Part shown: one piece after another, positions 46,516 to 56,979 of the stretch
Layout of the letters: every line of letters starts with the position of its first letter
How positions within the stretch are numbered: the first letter of the stretch is position 1
Assembly: GCA_964252035.1 (NCBI GenBank)
Contig: OZ176207.1
DNA: 64,000 nt
DNA from: Podarcis erhardii
Lineage: Eukaryota
Reading direction: 5' to 3' (one strand)
Position numbers and translations under genes: made by a program
The notes under the pieces: model-generated
Database searches by the model: none
What the model was told of the DNA's origin: nothing
The model's input: the letters and a program-made list of their open reading frames with translations, nothing else

Positions 46516-48027
46516 CAGGGTGCTACAATGTCACCCCTGATGGCTTTGGATTCACTGTTCCTGGGCCCACAATGTGTTTTGCTCGTCATCACTAAATGCC
46601 ATGAACACTACAATAGATGGCTGTGGGTGGAAAATTCAGTCCATTTCTGGTCTGTCTCTCTATTGCAGGTGTTGATTAAGAAGTCTGTTCCATCCCGTTT
46701 TTCTACATTAACCCACTTTTTAAAAAAATGGACAGAATTTGCATTTAAATACAAATTTGGATATATTTTCTTACAAAATTCACATTTCTACACACTTTTT
46801 TTTTAAAAAAAGCATCTCTAAATATATTTTAAGTGCAGTCCAGAAGAAGTGCAGATCAGGTCAGAATGTATCAGAATCCACAAAGTTTAACTTCCTCAAG
46901 CATCCTTACCTGGGTGACACACAACCTCAGTCCAGACAACACAGCAAAGGCCCCAGTGGCTGAGGAAATAATTGAATTTTCCCAGCATCGAGGTACTGCT
47001 GTTTGCAACATCACCCAAAACAGATGCACTTCATTGATGGAAGCCATCAAGATCCTAAGCAACTAATTACCAACAATATTTGTTACACTATAAACAGATC
47101 ATTTGGAAAGAGACTTAAAGAAATTGTGGATGTAGAAGAGTGTTTCTCTTCCGGCATTTTAATCACCACAGAGATTCGCCGTTTTTTGCCCCATAATAAT
47201 CCTGCTGAATACAAAGCCTTCCCTGGGGAAGGTAGCAGATATGCATGATAATATAGCAGCTGACCCCCCTCCACCTTAGAGCTAGATTGCAGGTTATATA
47301 CTCAGATGGTTGCACTGGGACGCAGAGAGCTACGCTGCTCATTCAAGAGCTCTAAGAGGCATTGTGCCTCAGGCAGATGCAATACCTCCTGGAGCTATCT
47401 AACGCATGGGGGAAGTGTACTTGCTGTGCCATCCTTTAAAAGGTTGCAATATGTGTTCCGCTCTGCTACAGAAAAACAATTCTGCCGTTTAGATGCAAAA
47501 AGAGCTGAACGCACTCTTTTGGAGCTGTGCTTCGTTTGGAGTGTCTCACACCCACCGGAGAGTGCAAAGATTGTGAAAATGCTTCAGCCTTGTTGAGTGA
47601 CTCCAGAGGCAGCCGCTTGTCTTGACCCTGTTTTTTTTTTTTTGCAAGGTACACAGAGCCACTGTCATTAGCACAGATTTCTTTCCTTCAGTGTGTCAGC
47701 GCATGCTTTTTCCCCAAGTCGAAGACTTAGGGTAGCCAACACGAGTTTGAGGTGCAGCGAATATGTAGGAAAAGAAAATAAGCTTTTTACTTTAGTTTGC
47801 ACCTCTTTCTACTTGCAGCTAATCTCCTTCACGTTCTGCTGTAGCCTTTTCCCTCATTCATTCCAATTTATCTGTATTTATTCCATGTGCCTCATAGCAC
47901 CATCCTTCATCCAATTATTATTATTGTTAAAAAAGAAACTTGCTTTCTTCTAAGCCTAAGTACATTTATCACATATTTAGCTTTTCCATCCTCATAACAA
48001 CCCTGTGAGGTAGTCATAGACTGTTTT

Positions 48028-48661
48028 CAGGGCCAGATTTAGGCTTGATGAGGCCCAAAGCTACTGAAAGCAATGGGGCCCTTTATATGTCCAGCTGTCC
48101 TTTGTCAACAACAAATTGTCACTGTTTTTTTGTGTTGAATATATGCTATGTGGTAATTTATGGACCTAATAGGTATCTAAATCCATTTGCCTCGGGTTAC
48201 AGACGCTTCAGGTTACAGACTCCGCTAACCCAGAAATAGTACCTAGGATTAAGAACTTTGCTTCAGGATGAGCACAGAAATCGTGCAGTGGCGGCACAGC
48301 AGCAGCAGCAGTGGGAGGCCCCATTAGCTAAAGTGGTACCTCAGGTTAAGAATAGTTTCAGGTTAAGAATGGACCTCCAGAACAAAATATGTTCTTAACC
48401 TGAGGTACCACAGTATATAGAAATGAGCAAACCAGTGATATTTTAGGGAGCAGGCTAGCAGGCGGGGCCCATTACTTACATCATAGGAGCCTACACAACA
48501 CAAAACACTATTGCTGTATGAAGGTTTTATTTTATTTCTTTTTATCTTATATTTTGGAAATGTACATCCAGGTTTTTTTCCCTTTAATTTTTTTGAGGGC
48601 CCTCAAGAAGAGTGGGGCCCTAAGCTATAGCTTGTTTAGCTTATACGTAAATCCGGCATTG
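48028..48661. mobile_element. hAT non-autonomous element containing a nested Tigger-like MITE
   Basis: TIRs CAGGGCCAGATTTA / TAAATCCGGCATTG; TSD ACTGTTTT (48020-27) / ATTGTTTT (48662-69), 7/8. Confidence 0.85.
48190..48413. mobile_element. pogo/Tigger-like MITE, left TIR partly deleted
   Basis: Colinear with 38911-39152; right end TGAGGTACCACAG followed by TA. Confidence 0.88.
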
Positions 48662-48906
48662 ATTGTTTTACAGGTATTTGAGCAGTGTCATGGGAATGCC
48701 CACAGGATTTTTTTCATGACACAGACAATGTAAATACTCCTAATAAATAAATAGGCGAACATAGCAAACATCCGAGAATGGGGTCTACAGTTTCTGGTAC
48801 ATCTGGTAACTGAGTGATGGCAAGGCCGGGCAAGAGTATGAAATGAGCCTCTCAGTCAAAGCACTGGAATTTTGGGTCCCTAGTAGGTATTTGGGTCCCT
48901 AGTAGG

Positions 48907-49164
48907 GGACGCGGGTGGCGCTGTGGGTAAAACCTCAGCGCCTAGGACTTGCCAATCGCATGGTCGGCAGTTCGAATCCCCGTGGCGGGGTGCTCTCCCG
49001 TCGTTTGGTCCCAGCGCCTGCCAACCTAGCAGTTCGAAAGCACCCCCGGGTGCAAGTAGATAAATAGGGACCGCTTACCAGTGGGAAGGTAAATGGTGTT
49101 CCGTGTGCTGCGCTGGCTCGCCAGATGCAGCTTGTCACGCTGGCCACGTGACCCGGAAGTGTCT
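48907..49164 (+). mobile_element. Sauria SINE, distinct subfamily, intact head but 3'-truncated
   Basis: GGGACGCGGGTGGCGCTGTGG A box, GTTCGAATCC B box, GTGCAAGTAGATAAATAGG core; stops at GACCCGGAAGTGTCT; many CpGs intact. Confidence 0.9.
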
Positions 49165-49849
49165 GGTACAATTCACATGTGTGTCCAGTAGGCTGAAAGT
49201 TTTGCACCTTTCAGACTGGTAAAGATAAACCTCAGCCCACTCTCCTGCTATAAAGCACCTCTAAACTGCAGGTGAAGTGACTGGGCTGGTGGTGACGTTC
49301 CCCTTGATACACCTGGGCAGAGAAAATGTAGTCAGAGTAACCATGCAATTGGCCTGGCCATATGGTTCCTATATCCAAATGTTTAGAGAAACCCATGGGA
49401 AGAAGCCAAGGCATCATTGCTGCTGCCAGATGAAAGTAAATTGGGCTTGAGATGCCTTGATGCCATGTGTCACTGTGGTCTATTGACTGCAACAAACATT
49501 AAAATGTAGTTCAGGTGAGGTTTGCAAAAGCCAGTTTTGCTTGTTTTGGTGTCCCCTCCCTGCCTTAACCACTGTTGAAGCTGTTCGTTTCCCTTCTTCA
49601 GACTTTCAATCTATGAGCTCCCTTTGTCCCTTCCTCTTCTTTCGCAGATTGCAGATGAGTTCAGATACTCCTTCTCCCTGACTGAACACTGAGTGGCAGA
49701 AGATGCTCTTAGCGCTTCTTTGGCTTCCCCTGTGCAGGAATGTGGAGTCTCTGCTGGGATCATACAATAGCTAATTACATATTCTCACTTTGTACAGCGC
49801 AGGCTTTCTAAACAAGAAATGATCCTCTTCCTTCATTGCAAATGCAAGT

Positions 49850-49960
49850 AACCTCACAGGGTTGTTGTGAAGATTAAAAATGTGAGGGTTTTGCATCCCC
49901 CTTGAGCTCTTTGGAGAGGGAAAGTGAGAGATGAATGTAGTAATAAACAAACAACAACAC
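49850..49960 (+). mobile_element. MIR/Squam3-like SINE 3' half
   Basis: ACCTCACAGGGTTGTTGTGAAGATTAAA...GAGCTCTTTGGAG...AATAAACAAACAAC. Confidence 0.6.
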
Positions 49961-50988
49961 ATTTAAACTCTTGACACGAAAATCAGAATTCTACCACTAT
50001 ATCCCCTCAAAAAAATTAAGATAAAAAAATGCCTGAATGAAAACTCCTTCCCCATCTTTCCTCCATATGTAATGGAGAAAGCAACTGTGCCTGATGTACT
50101 ACAGAAAAGCTTTTGACAATGACCGCATTTGTGGGTCTTATAAGTTTAATATGGAGGGAAAATCATGTAAGTTGTGTTTGTTTCTGAAATAACACACAAT
50201 AGATTACATCAACACTTTGTGGACCAAATATAGCCGTTAAATGCACACGAGAAATTTATAATGAGAGGAAGAAAAGAAACAGATAGATGGATAATTTTAT
50301 GAGTTTCATGAACGGTTTGTGGCTAGTGATGACTAGGAAGATCCAGGGGTTGTGCTATGCAGAAAGAATGTATTTATTGGACACAGGGAAATCTGGAAAA
50401 ATTTAGAGCAAAAATGTGGAGGGGTTTATTGATTCTGCCTATGGCACTGGTTTGACTGTAAAACAAGTCATGGTTTGTTTCCTAGCACAGAAAGGTTTTG
50501 CTGTGGAAGGAAAACTAGGATGGATTATTTCCTGACAGAAACACTGATCTCACTTCATGTCTGTTCAGGAAAGGAAATTCAGTGTTGACTTCATCCTGGC
50601 TCCACCCATATCCAGAGGAAGGGGAGTGCTTAGGTCCTGGTAAAGGGGGCAGAGTATATGAGAAGCAGTGTATGGAAGGCTTCAGTCATTCTGCGTCTTA
50701 TGGTTCCCTGCTAGGGACTAGGAAGCTTCAGATTATTGCACTCCATGGAATTCTCTGTGCCCCCATAGGAGTTGTCAATGTACATGTCTAGTTGCCAACT
50801 CAAGCTGGAAGCATTTCAGTTATAGGCTGGCATAATATCAGCCCCGAGTCTGTCAAAAAAGAGGTGCCACCCACCCACTGGGTGACCCCATTCACTCCTA
50901 GTTGTTTCCACCTGGACATTCAGATACATCACTGCATTTAGGAGTATGATGAAGTTCCAAACCTGAGGGAGAAAAGCATGCAATGAAC

Positions 50989-51212
50989 TTAAGAATGCAA
51001 GAATCTCCCTACTGGATCAGACCAAAGGCCCAATTAGTCCAGCATCCTGTTCTTACAGTGATCATCTAGATGCTTATGGGAAGTCCACAAGCAGGATCTA
51101 AGCTTGTGAATCCCAGCAACTTCTGTTCAGAGGCATAATGCCTCTGGTTCTGGAGGAAGTACATCACCATCATGGCTGGTAGCTACTGATAACCATATCC
51201 TCCACAAGTTCC
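50989..51212 (-). mobile_element. CR1-type 3' end
   Basis: CTGGATCAGACCAAAGGCCC...AGTCCAGCATCCTGTTC...TTCAGAGGCATAATGCCTCTG...CCATCATGGCTGGTAGC. Confidence 0.78.
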
Positions 51213-51792
51213 TAACTTTTGTCCATGCAACTCCCCATTGTTCTCTGAACCAATGATGTTCCCCAGTCACATTCCAAACAATGCTATCATTTCCTGGCTT
51301 TAGTCAGGAGATTGACGTGGGAGATCATGCTTCTTAATGGTGGTGAGTGAAGGACACTCTGGATATATTTGGAAACACTCGCTTACTTAGTTTTAAGTGA
51401 CTAGAGAGGAGGAGACAGAAGTTGCTCAGCTGGAATCTGCACATGTTCTGAGACACTCCCTCTATGACTACTCAGCTTATTTCTTCTTTCTGCTTATGAA
51501 TCTCACTAACTGAACTTGGGCAAAGCACTAATTGCATTCCTCTAAATGATAAGATAGTGCCCATTTCTATAATACAGTGTCCCACCGCCTGATTTGGTTT
51601 TGGACCATAACTCCCATTGTCTCTGACCTTTGGCCCTGCTGCCTGGAACTGGAGTTCAACATCTGGGGAGCACAAGATTGGGGAAAGCTGATCCAATAAC
51701 ATCTATTTATGTTGCTCTGTCATTGGCGGCTTGTCTTGTTGTCATCTGGAACCATCTGTTTGCATGTCCTCTTAGTCACTGCTCTCAGCTGA

Positions 51793-51940
51793 TAAGAACA
51801 CAGGAGGCACCTGCTGGATCAGTCCAAAGGTCCATCTTGTCTAGAATCGTATTTTTCATAGCGACCAGCCAGATACTTCCACAAACAGGACACGAAGGCA
51901 ATAGCATGGAGGCTCCATCTAGTCATTGCCACACAAGATG
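51793..51940 (-). mobile_element. CR1-type 3' end (degenerate)
   Basis: TAAGAACACAGGAGGCACCTGCTGGATCAGTCCAAAGGTCCATC. Confidence 0.65.
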
Positions 51941-52161
51941 ATAAGGTTATAATGCACAAGTGGTAGCTTGTAACTCATCAGGGTCTGCACTGTGTTGGCC
52001 CCCACCATTGTCTGCCACACCATGGTAGGAGTGGCTAGTGCAGTGGGGCAGTGCTGGCCACCACCCTCTTGATAGTGGCATTGGTGATTACTTGGATGAG
52101 GTGGTATGGCAGGGGCCACATGACAATGGTGGGTGGCACAATGGACATGACTCTTATGCTT

Positions 52162-52524
52162 AAAAAGGTAAAAGGTAAAGGACCCCTGACAGTTAAGTCC
52201 AGTCGCAGATGACTCTGGGGTTGTGGTGCTCATCTCGCTTTACAGGCCGAGGGAGCTGGCCTTTGTCCACAGACAGTTTTTCCAGGTCATGTGGCCAGCA
52301 TGACTAAACCACTTCCGGTGCAACGGAACACCGAAACCAGAGCAGCACATGGAAACGCCATCCACCTTCCCACCGGAGTGGTATCTATTTATCTACTTGC
52401 ACTTTTTGGTGTGCTTTCGAACTGCTACGTTGGCAAGAGCTGGGACCGAGCAACGGGAGCTCACCCCGTCATGGGGATTCGAACCGCTGACCTTCTGATT
52501 GGCAAGCCCAAGAGGCTCAGTAGT
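52162..52524 (-). mobile_element. Sauria SINE, slightly 5'-truncated
   Basis: AAAGGTAAAAGGTAAAGG tail; colinear with the other copies; antisense B box GGATTCGAACC. Confidence 0.92.
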
Positions 52525-53793
52525 ATAAATCAGAGGTTTATACACACATATCTCTCCATCCAGGCAAACAAGGGATATCAAAGAGGTGGGCAGGGGAAAG
52601 GAATTGAACATAGTGCTATGACACTCATTCTGTCAGCTCAAGCATTTCCACGTCACAGACAGCACAACCTCCCCTCTCCTGTGCGTTGTTCTGAGAGGTC
52701 CCATTGACCTCCCCAGAGCCAATTTTGAGGGTACAGGATGTAGAGAGGGGGTGGGAGCCCTGTTGCACTAACAGAGGTCCTTGTTCAGGCTTCTCCTAGT
52801 GGGACTCATTAGCCAAATCTCACCCATCATCACTGTTCAAGGACTGATGTGACCATTGCAAAACAGTAAGAAATGTATTTGTAATAGCATTTAATGTGTT
52901 TCATTGGTATTTCATTGAAATTTCATACCCATTGACAATGTGAATAGATAATATTGAGGGATATTGCTGATTTTCTGAATGTGTACACGTATTTAAAACC
53001 ATTCCACCAAAGCATTACTATGATTGGCCAGTACAAAGCTCAACATTTTCAACCCTTGCATATTCTGACATCTTTATTTCACATATGGCACTCCAGGAAA
53101 AAATGAAATAGAATGAAAAGTTAATGTAGCAACAGGGCTTGTACAAAAGTATAGCTCTCCACTGAGTAGCCTCTGCTTTACCAACATTCAATCAAATTCT
53201 CATTTAAGAGTGGGGTTCTTGTTTTTTTGATGGCCTATTGTACAGAAAAGAGGGAGAGACAGAGAGAGAAAGAAAGAAAGAAAGAGAGAGAGAGAAAAAA
53301 TCGGGATGTAATCTGCATTTGGTCATGGGTAGCAAGTCAATGCAGGGCTTTTCCTCCCTCCCCCAGAACAAAATGAAACATTCCTTTTATTTACTAAACT
53401 CGATGCATTTTCCAAAACACAGGGATTTTTTTTTAAAAAAAATAAGTTATGTGGCGTGGATCCAGCCAGGAAACCTGTTTTACTGATGGGGTCTTTGCTT
53501 ATCCTGTGTTCCTGTCATCAGTCTGACCTTGCCGCTTTTCCACAGTGCCATTATACCCTGGGTGCTGGCTTATTTTCATACAGCAGCCCCCAACTACTTG
53601 ATCCCACTTCATCTACTTCACGGACACAGACATTTGTTGGGCTTATTAGCTCAGCAGGGGCCTTATCATATTTTGTATCGGAGGCTGCTGGAGATGTCAA
53701 AAGATGGAAATGCCGTGTAGCTTTTTATCCTCCCTCCTTGCACTTTCTCCTCCAGCCCCACAGCACATTTGGATTCAATGCTCTGCTGCCACT

Positions 53794-53949
53794 NNNNNNN
53801 NNNNNNNNNNNNNNNNNNNNNNNNNNNNNNNNNNNNNNNNNNNNNNNNNNNNNNNNNNNNNNNNNNNNNNNNNNNNNNNNNNNNNNNNNNNNNNNNNNNN
53901 NNNNNNNNNNNNNNNNNNNNNNNNNNNNNNNNNNNNNNNNNNNNNNNNN
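53794..53949. other. Assembly gap (156 N)
   Basis: Run of N. Confidence 1.
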
Positions 53950-55488
53950 CAATCCCTTCCCCACCCCCACCCCCGCCAACACTAGAATCAGTGTGCTTCG
54001 CTTGACCTTGACCAACATATGCACCCAGGGAACACTAATGAATTTGGGCCAATTCATCTTGGAACTCCAAATTTAATCAAGCTGACATGCCAGGGAAAGC
54101 AGACTGTAATTAACTCCTAGCATTTTAGGCAATCTGTAAAATTCATAAACTTAGCTCGATCTGTGTTTGTGTTATTAAACATTATGTTTGTTTGCTTTAA
54201 CAGCATACCAGGTTAGGAATCGCAGGATCCTTACAATTAAAAACGGCATTTCTCTCCCCCCCGAAATAAAGGATGAAATGCTTTTAAAAATAAAAATAAA
54301 AACAACGCGAGGAATCTGTGGTGCTGCCAATAATGCGAGCACTGTGATCTCCTGTTACTGAGCAGAAAAATTAAACATAGCCAATTAGCTCATTCCTGCA
54401 AAAAAGAAAAGACAGGAAAAAGGAAATTTAAAAAGGGGGGGGGAGCTATCCAATCATTTTATGCAGTGTTTTTGATATAAATGAATGCCTGGAAAATAAA
54501 TACAGAGATTGTCCCCCGTTGGATTTTTTTTCATTTTAAAAAGATACATTAAAAAATAAATAAACATCCAACAACATACAAGGGATCTCAGCAATAAAAG
54601 AAAGTTTAAGCTTTCTGTAGTTTTTGCATAACAATATTGGATGTTGTGCTTATGCTTACTGATCATTATCTCACAAATTCTATGAATTTTAGATAAAGAT
54701 TGGTACCCTTTCCCATGAAATGCTGCACAAATGAAAGGAGGCCACGCTACCTGCCCTCAGGGACAAAAAATGATGCTCAGTGAAATCTTGACAACATGGA
54801 CAAAACAAAAACAATATACGCAAAACAAAAACAAAGACTTGGTCGTCTCTGATGCTGCTGCTACTGAAGTCCCTGTGGTTTGCAGGATTCCCTTATAGTC
54901 TCTTGTGGTCACCAAAACTACCCCCAGGGCAGGACCTCAAATCCTAAAGCCTTCACACTCTCTCTTTTTTATACATATATAAAGAAACATGTAGGTCCCC
55001 TGTGGCCACTTGAAGAGATGGGAGGACAGGATTTGGGCCAAAGACATTAAAAGCGACCTTTTTGTGCAGGTTTCATACGAAAGGGGAAATTGTGCTGGGT
55101 TAGAATGGAAATAGAATTAAATGGTTGAAAGTTTTAGCATTTTTACTGAATACATTTTTTTATTCAAAATAATGCCTAATGTGATGCATTATTGTATGCT
55201 GTTTTCACCAATTTTTCTGTACACGTTGCCTGGATGGAGAACTTAATTGCAAAATTTGGATAAAATGTGAATTCTGAAAGAAGACCTCCTGCAGATACTG
55301 TCGTATCAGTTATATTTACCAGAATAACACTATCTCAGCAACAAGCCTGGAGAATACAGCATTCAGTAAGACAGCATTCACCAACCTGGTCCTTTCAGTC
55401 ATCCCAAATTATCAAATTATCAGGGAGGATGGGTGTTGTCATCCAGAACATTGTGGGGGGCGGGGCACCAGGTTGGGGAAGGCTAGTA

Positions 55489-56051
55489 CAGTGGTAAAGG
55501 TAAAGGTAAAGGAACCCCTGACCATTAGGTCTAGTCATGGCCGACTCTGGGGTTGCAGTGCTCATCTCGCTTTATTGGCCGAGGGAGCCGGTGTACGGCT
55601 TCAGGGTCATGTGGCCAGCATGACTAAGCCGCTTCTGGCGAACCAGAGCAGCACACGGAAATGCTGTTTACCTTCCCACTGGAGCGGTACCTATTTATCT
55701 ACTTGCACTTTGATGTGCTTTCGAACTGCTAGGTTGGCAGGAGCAGGGACCGAGCAATGGGAGCTCACCCCGTCGCGGAGATTCGAACCGCGACCTTCTG
55801 ATCGGCAAATCCTGGGCTCTGTGGTTTAACCCACAATTTGTTCCGGAGGTCCATTCTTAACCTGAAACTGTCCTTAACCTGAAGCACCACTTTAGCTAAT
55901 GGGGCCTCCTGCTGTCGCTGCGCCGCCAGAGCACGATTTCTGTTCTCTTCCTGAAGCAAAGTTCTTAACCCGAGATACTATTTCTGGGTTAGCGGACTCT
56001 GTAACCTCAAGCGTATGTAACCTGAACCATATGTAACCCGAGGTACCACTG
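55489..56051. mobile_element. pogo/Tigger-like MITE split by a Sauria SINE
   Basis: TA-CAGTGGTA at 55487-55496; remainder 55836-56051 is colinear with 61803-62044 and ends GAGGTACCACTG-TA. Confidence 0.88.
55497..55835 (-). mobile_element. Sauria SINE inserted in the MITE TIR
   Basis: (AAAGGT)n tail at 55497; head truncated just before the A box. Confidence 0.92.
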
Positions 56052-56857
56052 TATAAGAAAAGAGTCAATTTGCAAATTCCTCCAAGTGTAGATCTAAGGT
56101 ATGACAGTTGGAGTGAGGCAGCACCTCCTGCACCCAAAGTTGACTCACCAATTATTTACTCAACTTCTCACATCTGTGCACTGAGCATAGACATCTCCAA
56201 AGGGGCATCTATACATGAGCAGCTGCTCACTGTTAGGTGTTCTGTGCCATGATGATGTGTGGAGGATCATATGACTAGGACTTAGAAAAACTACCTATAT
56301 ACGTTTAGGGTACTATATAATATTAAGAACAACTTATTCTGCCTTGTTGCCTTCTGCTATTCGCAGGTTTATTCATAAAGGAATAGCTGATATGCTGAAG
56401 TTATGTTATGTTAATCTCGTAGATGTGACCCAGGCTCGCTCTCTTTGCTGCATCTTGAGAGATAAACAGATGTGATGGGAAGAAGGAACGCAGACAAGGA
56501 ATCCTACGTAAGCACTGCTAATTATGTGCTGTGCATTTTAATAGATGCAAAAGGCTCTTCACATATATTATTTATTAAAGATATTTATGCCCTAATGACC
56601 AGTAAAAGCTAGCAAAGTGCAACTGGATGGTTGATGACCGGAAACATGAATCTTTTGCTTAGAGAAAGCAATCTCTTTGCCACCATTATATGTGCAATGA
56701 TGTGGCTGAGGATTAAAAAAACAACTAAAAACTTCAAAGCTCATGAAGTTTCCATTCTGTTCTTGCCCCCCAGATCAGTTATGATGTGGTAATAGCAACA
56801 AAGCCCCTTCACAATGAAAATATTATGTTCATAGTTGGGCTGCCAGATAGGGTTTTT

Positions 56858-56979
56858 CATAGAATTGTAGAGTTGGAAGGGACCACGAGGGTCATCTAGT
56901 CCAACTCCCTGAAAAGCAGGAATATTTTGCCTAACATGGGGCCTGAACCCACAACCCTGAGATTAAGAGTCTCATGCTC
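56858..56979 (-). mobile_element. tRNA-Lys(CTT)-derived SINE with CR1 3' tail, 5'-truncated
   Basis: Minus strand GAGCATGAGACTCTTAATCTCAGGGTTGTGGGTTCAGGCCCCATGTTAGGC closely matches the 3' two-thirds of vertebrate tRNA-Lys-CTT, followed by TTGGACTAGATGACCCTCGTGGTCCCTTCCAACTCTACAATTCTATG. Confidence 0.85.

Noticed and set aside
48006-48014. let-7-like TGAGGTAGT
   Set aside because: Only 9 nt match, there is no hairpin, and it lies in a MIR-like core.
48907-48990. tRNA gene suggested by A and B boxes (GTTCGAATCC)
   Set aside because: It is the head of a Sauria SINE and continues into the SINE body.
49621-49700. Strong polypyrimidine acceptor (…CTTTCGCAG at 49647)
   Set aside because: All three frames close within 15 codons and there is no good donor nearby.
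50100-50125. CAGAAAAGCTTTTGACAA resembling the RT motif D-F-x-K-A-F-D
   Set aside because: Isolated short match with no surrounding reverse-transcriptase similarity.
53456-54076. 206-aa ORF, the longest in the track
   Set aside because: Its length comes from reading through 156 N; the flanks have no recognisable homology.
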